This document shows, piece by piece, positions 1 to 12,400 of a stretch of DNA of 64,000 nucleotides (position 1 is the first letter of the stretch; each line of letters starts with the position of its first letter). This stretch comes from Octopus vulgaris. Taxonomy: Eukaryota. Below the pieces are notes generated by a model. It worked only from the letters and a program-made list of their open reading frames with translations, was not told the DNA's origin and searched no databases. Location: the NCBI GenBank assembly GCA_951406725.2, contig OX597816.1, positions 155,186,001-155,250,000 on the forward strand, read 5' to 3'. Position numbers and translations under genes: made by a program.

Positions 1-1295
1 CCATACACACATACATTACACACGTACACACACACCTACATACACATGCATACACACACACACAAACATGCACGGACACACCCAGACATACATACATACA
101 CCTATACACACACACACACCTACATACACACACATACATACACACACATACACGGACACACCCATACATACTTACATATATACACCTATACACACACGCC
201 TACACACCTACATACACACACATGCATACACACACACACATGTACGCACATACACACACATATACGCACATACATATATACCCACACACATGCACACACA
301 CACACATACGCCCATGCATGCATGCATGCACACGCGCACACCTACACGCATACATGCATATATGCATACACACACACACACGCACGTACATACATACATA
401 CACACACACATACATACACCCATACACATACATGCATCCTACACACACATACATACACACTCACACATACATACACACACACACACTCACTCACACACCT
501 GTATGTACGCGCACACACATGCACATACACACACTTCCACACACCCACACGTACATACATACACACTCATACACATACACACACACACACACACGGACAT
601 ACATCTATGCACACACATATATACACACATACTTACATACATTCATCGGACACACTGACACCCAGACATACACACAGACACACTCACACATCCACACACA
701 TACATACTTACACACACACTCGCAGGCGCGCGCACACACGCGCTTGCGCCGGTTCGCGCACGCATACGCGCATGCATGCACCTCGCTCTTGGACCCGACG
801 AGACCACCCGCTCGTTTCTGGGGCCGTCGCCTGTCGTTGGGTTCTCCCACGCCCGTCTCTGCGGGACCACTCTTCCATCTTCCCCTCAGCTGGAGTCCTT
901 TTTCCTTATAACCCCCCCTTTTTGTTACACACACGCGCACATATACATACACCCACTCACACACACACATTGCTTAAATATATACATTACTCTTACACAC
1001 ACTTCAAATCTACTCGCCATACATACAACTACGACACTGGACACACACACACTACTACTCAACACACACGCTGGCACGTTACATACGCCCCCACCCCTTC
1101 CCCTCCCTCCCTTCCTCCTTCCTTCATTTTCTTACTACTGACCACTGTCTGCTATGCCTACTACTGTTCGCCCTACCTCACACGCCTACACACAGACGCA
1201 CACACTAACATATACATATATTTTTTGTTTTTTTATCTCGCCTCACACACACATACACACACGCACACGCACACACTCACACATACACACACATC
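1..1295. repeat. Degenerate (CA)n/(CATA)n low-complexity tract
   Basis: Almost continuous CA/TA dinucleotides, apart from a GC-richer insert at about 720-920. It explains the His/Thr-rich ORFs. Confidence 0.95.
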
Positions 1296-1329
1296 TGTTG
1301 CGTTACCAACCCTGTCTCCACTCTTTTGG

Positions 1330-1594
1330 CTTTAAAAACCTACTTTGCTCTTGTTATCGTAAACTTCCGCCTTTCACCATGTGTACTTCGTAAACACCAG
1401 TCGTTTTTTTTTTTCTCCCTCTTGTTGCCCACTTTGGGATCTTTCTTTCCTCTCTCTTCCTTCTTTATGTTTCCGACGAAGAGCTCCGCTCGAAACGTCA
1501 TACCTTCCTGCTTCCATCTTTCCTGAGCGCCTATTAATAATAATACTGTAATTGTTCCACGTGTTGATGTTTTTTCTGTTTTCCCGTTTGGATT

Positions 1595-1600
<6 letters not shown>
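1330..1600 (+). mobile_element. Penelope-like pseudo-LTR (3' terminal repeat) with a hammerhead-like motif
   Basis: GTTT-CCGACGA-A-GAGC tcc GCTC-GAAA-CGTC at 1469-1499. The same family follows a PLE RT fragment at 19143-19480. Confidence 0.7.
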
Positions 1601-1693
<93 letters not shown>

Positions 1694-1695
1694 AA

Positions 1696-1833
1696 GGGCT
1701 TCTTTCAGTTTCCGTCAACCAAATCCACTCAAAGGTTTTGGTCGACCAGAGGCTATAGTGGAAGACACTTGCCACATGGGACTGAAGTCGGAACCATGTG
1801 GTTGGTAAGCAAGCTATTTACCACACGGCCACT
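1696..1833 (-). mobile_element. tRNA-derived SINE family A, 5' part
   Basis: Reverse complement of the head of the full copy at 58350-58783. Confidence 0.85.
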
Positions 1834-1905
1834 ATTATATATATGTGTGTGTATATAACACCTACATACGCACACACACACATATACATACATAAATACA
1901 TACAT

Positions 1906-1951
<46 letters not shown>

Positions 1952-1953
<2 letters not shown>

Positions 1954-2137
1954 AAAAAAACACAAAAACGCGAGGACGTGGAACAAATATAGTATTATTG
2001 GACGCTCAGGAAAGAAAGAAAAGAGGAGGGTATAACGTTTCGAGCGGAGCTCTTCGTCGGAAACATAGGAGAAGGAAAGATCCAGAGAAGGGAAGACAGA
2101 GGAAAAAAATCGTCAACGGTACACACGCGGTCACATA
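1952..2137 (-). mobile_element. Penelope-like pseudo-LTR, inverted relative to 1330-1600
   Basis: Reverse complement reads ATGTTTCCGACGAAGAGCTCCGCTCGAAACGTTATACCC at 2028-2066. Confidence 0.7.
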
Positions 2138-2929
2138 TTTATATAGTTATATTTAAGAAAGAATACGAGATAAAGTCCTATTTCCCCTCAGATTAAGAGA
2201 TGAGAGATGAAAAAATCGTCAAAAGCAATTCCAGAAGTTTCGAACGTGACTGTGCTAATCACTGTTGCATTTCGCTTCCAAAGAATGTCTACTTATTTCA
2301 GGCATGCGTGAATGTTGTCAGTTTCTTAGAAAATTCGCACATGCGTCCCTCCCCACACAATCATAAATACCAATCGCAGGAAGAAAATATTACCTTTTTT
2401 GTTTTAATACAAAATCTATTAGATACTGTTTATTTAATTTATACATAAGACAATTTCCAACAACAAACAGATGTTTCGATTTTCGTCTCCTTGCATCAGA
2501 CTTTTTCTGATGACTGTCTCCCTTTCAATTCTTATCTCTGAAAACGTTTTCTACTTTCTACTTGCTCATATCTCTAACTTTTTTCTTTTCTACTCTATTT
2601 TCCTCATGTGTCTGCATTTAGATATTATCTATGTATGTATCTATATAATCATTGCTTTAAAACTTGTTTCCATATAAACTTCCTTTCTCATGTATTCAAA
2701 AGCACGCGCATACTTTCTCAACGAATACACACAGAGACATCTGCTAGATAGTCACTTAGGGAGAATTACAAATACTTGATTATAATCTTCTAATGGATTG
2801 AAATCGTAATCGTTTCATATTTCTTCTTCCTTTTCTTCCCTTTTCTTCTTTTGCTTCTTCTTCCGTCTCCATCTCCAATGGATTCTAATCTTCAACTTTA
2901 TTCACATTATTATTCATAATAATATTAAT

Positions 2930-3020
2930 ATTCATCATCATCATCATAATCTTCATCACCACTACAGTCACCACAACTGTAATCATCGTTCGTCGTCATC
3001 ATCACCATCATCATTCGTCG

Positions 3021-3057
<37 letters not shown>

Positions 3058-3125
3058 TCAGCATCATTGCTGTCGTCGTCGTTGTCATCATCATCGTCGT
3101 CGTCATCGTCGTCATCGCCGTCACC
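2930..3125. repeat. (CAT)n/(CGT)n trinucleotide tract
   Basis: Directly visible. Confidence 0.9.
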
Positions 3126-3273
3126 ATCTTCCTTCTCCTTTTCATTATCAGCTCCAAGATGCCTGAATTTGGGAATGATTTTAAAGAAATTATATAAAAA
3201 ATTTGATGGAAACATTATTGCCTGCGGCATTAGAAGCAATTCGAAATATCTTCCCTAAACACACATGCGCGCG

Positions 3274-3274
<1 letters not shown>

Positions 3275-3359
<85 letters not shown>

Positions 3360-3376
3360 ACACACACACACACACA

Positions 3377-3435
<59 letters not shown>
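3275..3435. repeat. (CA)n microsatellite
   Basis: Directly visible. Confidence 0.95.
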
Positions 3436-3436
<1 letters not shown>

Positions 3437-3680
3437 CATTACACGATATTACAGGTTTCGATAGTTCAGATTCCGTAACCTCAAATGCTATTTAAAGTGT
3501 TCTTCATTTCAATCAAAGCCGTCAAACTAGGCAAGAATATTTTTGTATTTTCCAGTCTCTTCTTTTGAGAAAATATTTTCTCTTTTGATTTCAGAATAGA
3601 TATAAAACTATTTTTATTATTACGGAGATGTACTCGCATAGCAAGTGATTTGATCTGAGATCGTGTGCTGAAACGAAATC

Positions 3681-3868
3681 AATTGCAGCGTGGAAGGTGT
3701 TTGTAAGCCATTGAAGAAACACACAAAAGTCGTTCGATTCACTTCAACATTGAAGTTTAATTTGTCAAAGATAAAATTTATTGACAAATTAAACTTAAAT
3801 GTTGAAGTGAATCGAACGGCTTTTGTGTGTTTCTTAAATGGCTTACAAACACCTTCCACGCTGCAATT
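3681..3868. repeat. Fold-back palindrome with 88-bp arms and a 12-nt spacer
   Basis: 3681-3768 is the reverse complement of 3781-3868 with about 3 mismatches. Confidence 0.95.
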
Positions 3869-4732
3869 ATTTTTATTATTCACTATACATACCACATACA
3901 ATTTCCCCACCCATTAGCAACGGGTACTTGACTCTGTGAAAATTATCTCTATATATTACCAATCTAGACTTTAGAAATTAAATCTGAACCTCGAGCCCAT
4001 CACGTTCTCTACCCAGTTCTTTGAAGAATCAAAGTCGATATTGTGAATTATCTAGTTGGACACTTAACACCAAATAAATTTTATCTGAAAGAATATCCGT
4101 TTTATATACAATGTTAACAGGCTTTGCTAATCCGATGTCTCAGTGAGCAAGGAACGATCTCTTATTCCCTCCCTTTGATTGGTGTATTTGATGTGTATTG
4201 TTTGTTGTTTGCTTTGAACTAAACACTTAGATGAAGAATTTTTAGGTATCGACACCTTGAGTATATGATATATCACCAATCATCAATACTTCATTTTACA
4301 TTTCCTTTGAGAACAAAACTTTGTTTTAACGAAGCTTCATTTTGAGAGACAATTACCTGTGAAGATTGCAAAAATATTTCTTTTTCATTATTTTGTCACC
4401 CTGAATTTCTCACTTAAAGTGAACATCTTTATATGGAATCATTTTCGAACATAAGAAAACAATCAATAAGTCACACATGTTTTTTTTTTTTCGTGTCCTG
4501 GAGTATTTACTCATGATATATACTATCATCTCTGGCAACATTTTGGAATCTTTTAAAATTATGATAAACTGAAAAAAAAAAAAATCCTTACGCTTGCTCT
4601 CTTATCATGACATCTCAGCGTAATGCAATATCATTATATGCCAAACTAAAGATGATAAAAGTAATAAAAGAAAAACGTTGATGTGAAATCATTATGGTCT
4701 GCATTGTCAAATTTAAAAACTATAATGAATTA

Positions 4733-5043
4733 TTATTTACATTTGACGGCTATTTGTCCTCATCTTGTTTGTTGCTAACACGACGTTACGGCTGATGAAC
4801 CCGCCAGCCGTCATCAGAAGGGAAATTTCGAACTTGGGTTCTCATTCCTAAGGTATCTTTCGAGGTTATTATTATTATTATTATTACTCTTATTATTCAG
4901 GTCACTGCTTGGAATCGAACTCAGAATCTTGGGGTTAGAAGCCCGCGCTCTTAACCACTACGCCATATGAAGGGTATATCAGCCGAAAGGTTGTGTTAAC
5001 AATAAACAAGATGAGAACAAATATCCGTCAAATGTAAATAATG
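4733..5043 (-). mobile_element. Fold-back SINE-like element: tRNA-like head, (AAT)n linker and hammerhead-like tail
   Basis: Arms are about 4733-4801 and 4972-5043. The minus strand has an A-box TGGCGTAGTGG (4965-4955), a B-box GTTCGATTCC (4920-4911) and CTGATGA-CGGCTG...CAGCCG-TAA-CG-TC (4817-4782). Confidence 0.7.
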
Positions 5044-5219
5044 TAAATAACGTACAAAACTCCTCATCTCTTAAATATAGAACTGTATACTGAATCAATC
5101 TGACAAAATAAAATTTCAAGTGAGAGCAACATTTCTAAACTAACACAGGGTATCATGTCAACACACAGCTTATTGTTAACTAACGCACTGCACACACGCA
5201 ATAAATCAGGGAAATATGG

Positions 5220-6400
5220 AGAAAATATGGTACAGTGTCTGATATGGTATAGTATCTGTCACTCGCAACTTTTTCACGCGATAGTCAGCAAAAGGAGTCA
5301 AATTTATTAAATCACTTGAACTAAGGAAAGAAACCAAAGAAGTAACTCAAACGTCTGTTGACTCTCATGGATGCTTTGAAAATTTCAACAAGCGATAAAA
5401 TCTCAACAGCATTCAGATATCAATGGAATCAACAAATGTTAATATCGCAATTTCCAGCGTAATTGGACTGAATTATACAATTAGATCTATATTCACCAAG
5501 TCTATTTTTAACATAAACTAATATATAAAACGTTAAAAGCGTTTACTCTTTAACACATTCATTCCAAAGTTGGAAAAAATCTACCAGAATATAAAGTAGC
5601 AATGTTGTTAGGAGCAAATTACAATGAGACTTGAAACTTAGACTATTGCTTGTTTATCTTTCTGATATTTCAAGAGCTATGAAAGGAGTTTCCGTATCTA
5701 GTCTGTTATATGGAAATTTAAGGAAAAAAAAACAGATTGACCAATGGTTATTTGAACATATTTATGAACCAGTGAGAAGAATTCGAACCTAAGAAACACC
5801 TCTTTTTGATAATGTTGCTGATCGTCCTCCAAATAATCTCACTTCGTTCCGCTCAAACATACATGCTGAAGTTGTACTTATTCTACCAAACATAACTTCG
5901 CTACCACATTACAGATCAGGGAGTTATTTCATATTAGCAGAATTTTATGATATATTAGTAGAATTTTGCAAACAATGAGGAACAACAATTCAACAAAGAA
6001 TTCTGGTAAAAATAGATTTTGTAAGCCTAAGGATAAAAGAACATACTTAGAAAAATCTTACGTGCATGTATCTGAGATATGCGTGTGGAAGAACGTCATA
6101 TCCAAATTTATGGAATAGGATAGGGGATAAAACTGCCAGTCAACAATAACTTTGTAAAAATGGCACAGGAAATGGTGTTCAGAGAAGTCATGCAGCTGAT
6201 ATTCACGATTCCTTGGATGGTAATTAGAAGAATCTCACTTGTGAACATCAAAGAGTAAATAGAACCAGAAATGTCTAAACCAGACAGTAAAGAAGTGAAG
6301 AAGATATTTTTGCACAACTCGTGTAAGCTTCGTAACTTAGCGCAAATCCTTATTGAATTGATTGATAATAACGTGTAGCATTCAGAATACGATCACAATT
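5220..6400 (+). pseudogene. Pogo/Tigger-like DDE transposase relic
   Basis: Hand-translated pieces resemble Tigger motifs: HGCFENFNKR (GWF.NFKKR), LLGAN...KLRLLLVY, FDNVADRP (LDNAPGHP) and VVLILPNITSL...DQGVI. Many stops and frameshifts. Confidence 0.7.
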
Positions 6401-6568
6401 TTGATCTGTAATGACAGAACTGAATTATTTATTATCAGGCGAATCTGGAAGCTTGGGAGTTTAAGGATTGGATTACATATAATTTTCCTTTGAGACTTTT
6501 CTTTCTAAATAAATTATGTATATTTCTTATGAAATATATAATTTTCTAGCAACAAAGTTTTCCCCCCA

Positions 6569-6630
<62 letters not shown>

Positions 6631-7375
6631 AACAAACATAGGGGCATTGTAAACGTACTGTGTGTCAAATAAGTATATATATTTTTTTAAATAAGTAAAA
6701 CAACTAATTTGCACAAAGTACTGTTTTACCTTTCTCTGGAGACGATGTAAGTGAGGATGAAAAATGTGGAGCCTATTAAGTTTGTTATTTGAAACTTATG
6801 CTTTGACATTTAACATCATCACCAGATCATCTCTATTTAATAACGTGATGCAAATTATTGATATCTGTATTATGACTGATGTGCACGTTGTGTTCAGAAA
6901 CAATGACTACTCTTTTTTTAATCATCAAACAGTAAAGATCAGTAAGTGCTATTGATTTTATGACAATTATACAATTATAATTAAAGGCACAGAAAGTACC
7001 ATGCTCATATGCTGAAAATAGACGCTAAATCGTCGAATCACTTTAAATCATTACTGTGATGATATAAAATGGTTCGACGACTTAGCATCTATTTTCAGCA
7101 TATAGGCGTGGTACCCTCTGTGCCCTTAATTATAATTGTATGTATGTATGTGCGTATTTATGTATATGTCTGTGTGTGTACCGGCGTGCATGAGTGAAGC
7201 AAGGAAGTGAAAAGTACAGTGACATAGAGAAGCAGAGATGTATAAATATATCTTACACTTTTCTTGCTTTTCTCGTCTTTCAGCTAGATCGCGGTAACTC
7301 TCTTTAAAGCTAAAGGCGGTAACTTGCATTTTCTTCATTTTTGAATTGAAATTTTATTGAAAGTACTATAGGAAT

Positions 7376-7451
7376 TTCAACCGTGTTTCGTGGTTTATTA
7401 CCACAACAGCTCCTTTATAGGGTCCAGTTAGCTCAAGACATCATCAGGAGG
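7376..7451 (-). ncRNA. Hammerhead-like motif (CUGAUGA ... GAAA-CACGG-UU)
   Basis: Both core boxes are intact on the minus strand, but stems I and II are weak. Confidence 0.35.
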
Positions 7452-7828
7452 AAACACATCCGGTTTCGGCCCCTACTCCTCTACCGTTTTGACGTGGCGC
7501 CCCACCTTCCTTTGGGAGGTGTCTTCAGCACTGGTGTTGGGTGCATGTCTTTTTTCTTCTTCTTTCTTCTGTTACCTTGCCCTCTTCAATGTAGGGTCAA
7601 CGAGTGTCAGCGGACGACTGACTGTTTTGTCAAAGTTTTCCTTTAAATACCTGCTGCTAAATTATAACAATTTAGACCAGTCTAGAACATTACGTTTTTG
7701 CTACCAGATAAATAACATGACACCAATGCTGGTTCCATTTTAAACCTGATAATATATATTCTTTTATTCTTTTAATGTTTCCACGTAATTCATCGCATCA
7801 TTGCTGGGTCAATGTCTAAAAAGTTGAA

Positions 7829-8043
7829 AGGCGGCGAGCTGGCAGAAATTTTAGCACGCCGGGCGAAATGCTTAGCAGTATTTCATCTGTATTTACGTTC
7901 TGAGTTCAAATTCCACCGAGGTTGACTTTGCCTTTTATCCTTTCGGGGTCGATAAATTAAGTACCCGTTGCATACTGGGGTCGATCTAATCGACTGTCCC
8001 ATCCCACAAAATTTCGGCCCTTGTGCCTAGAACAAAAAAGAAT
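7829..8043 (+). mobile_element. tRNA-derived SINE family B, full length, with TSD
   Basis: Head GGCGGCGAGCTGGCAGAA and B-box-like GTTCAAATTCC. The central GCCTTTTATCCTTTCGGGGTCGATAAA resembles the Meta/MESC SINE core. Flanked by TCT(A/T)AAAAGTTG. Confidence 0.85.
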
Positions 8044-8754
8044 ATCTTAAAAGTTGTAGTCAATAATATTGAATTTTGTACTTATTTGAATCTGAAACAG
8101 CTCACTTATCAGTATCTACGGAACACCGAGGTAACTTGATGTAATGAGGCGTAGCTTCAACATAGGAACAGTCATAGGCACAGATTAACACATCTTTATT
8201 TGCTTGTGTGTACGTGAGTATATATATATATATATACATACATACATACATACACACACACACATATATCTATATATATGTGAATGAGAATTTGTTTTGG
8301 GGTTTGAAAAAGTAGCGGAATCTCAAAATGTATAGTCGTTTTTAAATGTTGTAATAAATTTATTCAAATACCAAACCTGTTTCAACAATTTTTTGCTTAT
8401 GAAAAGTAAGAATAAATAAATAAAGAGTTTAGGAGAGTTTAAATTTACAAAGGAGAATTCGGAAAAGCATGTTTAAACGATTAAATTTTCAAATGTTTAT
8501 GAAATATGTATGTATATGTGTGCATACATGCATGCATTCATACGTACGTACATATCTACATATACATGCATATGTATGTATGTATGTATGTATTCATATA
8601 TACATATACATACATTCAAACACACACACACACATACACACACACACATATATATGAATGTATGTATGTTAGGAGAAAGATAGTGTAATTGTTATTCCAA
8701 AATTATCTCATGCCTCTTGATTATTTGATTATTTGTCTACTTGTCTATTAATCA

Positions 8755-9450
8755 GCGCTACATCACTTGTGGACGCAGATTCAAACACTTGACCATATTT
8801 CCCTCCAGGCTGATCGATATGACATTTCGCGGCCTAACTCTACTAATTTCAGCGGTCTTTGTCTTTGTTCGTCAGGCTGACGGGTAGTAAAGATCCGTCT
8901 AGTGACTTGTTTGGTATATGGACGGCATAGATGTTAAAGCTGTTTCAGATTCAAATAAGTACAAAATTCAATATAATTGACTACAACTTTTAAGATATGC
9001 TTATGTTAAAGTGTATGTGGTAACTAGTGATCTTTGTTGCGCCATCGTAAGAGATCAACATTCAGCGCCGTAGAGCTGGACAGATTCTGCTGTAGGTTGA
9101 AAGAGTCGTATGTTGTGATGCTTGTCTATAGTTTGTCGGTTGCTGATCATATCAACACCAGTGTTGGTGGAGCGAATACGCGACCCCAGGTAGCAGAAAT
9201 CGGCAGCTAATTCTGTTGGCCGTGATCAATGTGTAAGATCAGCCACACCAGTACTTTCATCAATTATTTTGGTCCTTATTTTCGTGTGGTTTATTGAGGC
9301 ACCAACTTCAGTGGCAGCCAACTTCAGATTTGCGAGGAGGATTTGAGCATTTGTGATTCTTTATGAGACAAGTGTGATGTCATCAGCGAAGTCGAGGTCA
9401 GTAAGGTCCAATGCTGGTATCTGAACTAGGCATATCTCTCCGTCCTCGTT
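8755..9450 (-). mobile_element. RTE-clade LINE RT/3' relic
   Basis: Minus-strand translation gives LTDLDFADDITLVS, DFCYLGSRI and QLYGAEC, with stops. Confidence 0.75.
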
Positions 9451-9899
9451 GAGATTCAGTCGTCTAGCATCGTACATCACTGGCCTCGACTATATGCTTG
9501 TACGTGACTATGTCGATTGAAGTTGGATAGTTATTATATGTAACATCTTGATACGGCAATTGAATATAAGTTCAGAATGTAAATGGTTATGTGCATCAAT
9601 ATCTGCGCTAGTATTTTATGTTACAACAATAACAGGCTTGGCTGCGATATTTTGCTGCTACAATATGAACGAAAGACCTTCTGGATACTAATGAAAAAAA
9701 AAACAAAAACAAAAACAAAAACAACAACAAATTACGGGTATATTTTCGTCAATATCTTGTACGAGCGTCACCTAAGAGATTTGGCAATAGTGAAACCTCT
9801 TAAAGTTAAGGAATTTTAACAACCTAAAATTTGTGATATGTTATCAATTTCACCCTAAAATAAATGATAGTTGCTGAAAATATCACATTCTTATATTAC

Positions 9900-10900
9900 A
9901 AAATCATGTGACCAAATTTATTCGATGCTATTATCAAAGTTTACGCGACTGAGTTTGTTTTTACGATTCTGATAAACTAGAAACCCGAAGGACACGGTGT
10001 AGAAAATGAGATTCCTACAAGACATTCAATCGTCTGGGTAACGAAGCATTATAATATGTTGACGATGAGATGATCCGAAGCTTCATGTATGCACTGAAAT
10101 CTTTTCTCTAATGCAAGTGCTTTCTAAATTTCTAAAGAAATTTCTAATGACTGAAATTAATACAAACAGGAAACGAAATTGTTCTTCATGTTATAACTCT
10201 GTCACATGTTGACTGAAACAAGTATAAATGTCATTTCGAGGATGAAATGATGATCCAAGAAAAGTTCTGCTTTTGCTAAAGCGGAATGGCAAAATGAATT
10301 ATTTTCAGCCAGTTTGTACATCTATAAAAAATATTAGAGGAAATTAAAAGAAGATTCTATAAATATTCGTAAAATTGACGTAAAATACACTATAATTATA
10401 GATGCAAAACCATGTTACCATGAAATTCGATCACACGCCATGAGTTAAATGAGTATAAATAATAATAACTTAGAATTTTAGATTTAAATAAACCATAATT
10501 TGAAACTTGTGATTTCAAACTAAGGCAATTTGATGTCGGTCATTGAAATGTTTGGAAACTTTGACGACGATTTAATACAAGTTTATTAGAGAAAAGTGGT
10601 GGTAAATGTTATTTTTGTTGAATATAAAACAAATGATAAAATTAAAACATTCATTCATGAGACTGAAGCTTTCAAGACTAATTTGAAGATTAAGAAGATT
10701 TAAGGTTAAAATTCTTCTCAAGGATCAAGCCATGTAGTTTTTATTTTTTTAGGCATGACAAATAACTAAGCCATTAGTCAGAGCGAAAGAGTGAATAATA
10801 ATTCATGAACGTTTAAAAATTCAAATCATTTAAAATTTCCTCTCAGATTTAGTAAACAGGCTTATGATTTATCAATTGTGCTAAAGTTGGATGGAAATCT
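9900..10900 (+). pseudogene. Possible hAT transposase relic (very degraded)
   Basis: Only weak motif echoes, such as KQAYD versus GQ.YDGA. Confidence 0.3.
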
Positions 10901-11259
10901 CAGAATATAAGAAGACTATACAGTAGGCGTAAATAAAAGGATTTATTCAGACCCCCATCCGACTTTGAATACTGAATTGATACTTTATCTTCCTGGCAAG
11001 AAATATTTCTCTAAATTAATTTTAAAGATTCATATCATCAGATAGGAGTTCTGAAGTGAGAGAAATTCCTACGATAATTACACTGATGAACATGTTTGAA
11101 ATGAATTTGGTAATATTAATATTTATTATAATATATTTGATTTGCCCCCACCCCCTTTTTTTTCAAAACACTCTTGAAAATCCTCATATCAAGGTAGATA
11201 AGATTGGAGATTGTTATAATTAATAGGAGATTGTTATAATTAGGTATTATGATCAATCA

Positions 11260-12400
11260 AACAATCTCTGTTAGAGTCCGATGAAGTGTCCTGTTTTGAA
11301 TATCAGCTGTAAACGGAAAGGATATCAGCACGTCATTGTTTAGGAATTTAGATTACGGATTTAAAATCGCCAAAGGAATTGAAGCAATTAGAATCCATTC
11401 ATGCACTTTTTAATAGTTATTTTCTATGGCAGATTTATTATTTTTTTTATTCAAACTGTATAACGCCTGTGGCATCAGCTCGTAAATGTGACATCTTATT
11501 TTCGTGGGTGCCCAACAGCAAAAGTTATTTGAACATATAAAAGTAGTGCCATTATATAAGCCAACCATCTTGATTCATGATATCGCAAAAAATAAGCACA
11601 AGTGAAGGATATCAAGTTACATCAATCAGTGTTACACAGAGTCGAGTTAACCATCGGATTAAAGTCTACCTGGCGTGTAAATTTATATGATACAAATCTG
11701 GGATTAAAGATTTAGAATTATACATAACTTACTGTTACAGCATACATTATAACATGGTATTAGAAAACGCTTTTCATTCAAATTTCTGTGCACTTAAAAT
11801 CTAAATATGTAAACTCGTTTTAGGTGGTCCGATTGAATCATTTCACATATATGTTGCACATCGCCTCACCGTGACCTCGTATGAGTGGCCCAATAAATTT
11901 CAATAAAAATATTTTTGTCATTTCAGGCATACGCACTTGGGCTAATGCTATGAATTCTTAGGACTACATCAATAAAAAGAAGCTTTTAGTATTTATTTGA
12001 ATGCGAACGAGATGAGGCAGTGCTATTAATGCGTTATATTTGAGGAAATGCCTAAAGTATGCAGCAAGAAAACTTATGCTGTAGATAAGAATAGCTGTTT
12101 TAGATGAAAACTTCAGAAGTAATAAGAGTAGTAGAACAGTTATTAAATTGTATTAAGCAGGTACATTATCATCAAACAGATTTTCTGTTAGAAGCAAGTT
12201 GATTTATAAAAGGTTGCTTCGAATCGTTAAAACCACCCATTAATGCTGCACTTTGTATGTGAGTGCATATGTGGTGCGGCAATCGCCTAATGAAAATTAG
12301 ACTTAGGATGTAAAAGGTAGGACAAATATCTATATGAATTGTAGTTGTAATCTAGTTACAAACGTGTGATCTCGGTGGTTTAAAAATAGGTGAAACTGGA
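11260..12400 (-). pseudogene. Possible Polinton/Maverick protein-primed polB relic
   Basis: Weak minus-strand motifs FAVGHP (cf. YPVGHP) and STA.....AAYFRHFL (cf. TIASAC...FR..FL), read across frameshifts. Confidence 0.3.

Noticed and set aside
46-1335. 429-aa His/Thr-rich ORF and overlapping ORFs
   Set aside because: They are translations of a CA-rich microsatellite that is open in several frames, with no domain signal.
3620-3917. Two opposite-strand ORFs with near-identical peptides
   Set aside because: They are a mirror effect of the DNA palindrome at 3681-3868.
4901-4969. tRNA gene
   Set aside because: A and B boxes are present, but there is no convincing acceptor stem and it is embedded in a repeat. 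I treat it as a SINE-like head.
11911-11975. Possible terminal exon (polypyrimidine-CAG, short ORF, AATAAA)
   Set aside because: It is too short, has no partner exons, and overlaps a probable transposon relic.
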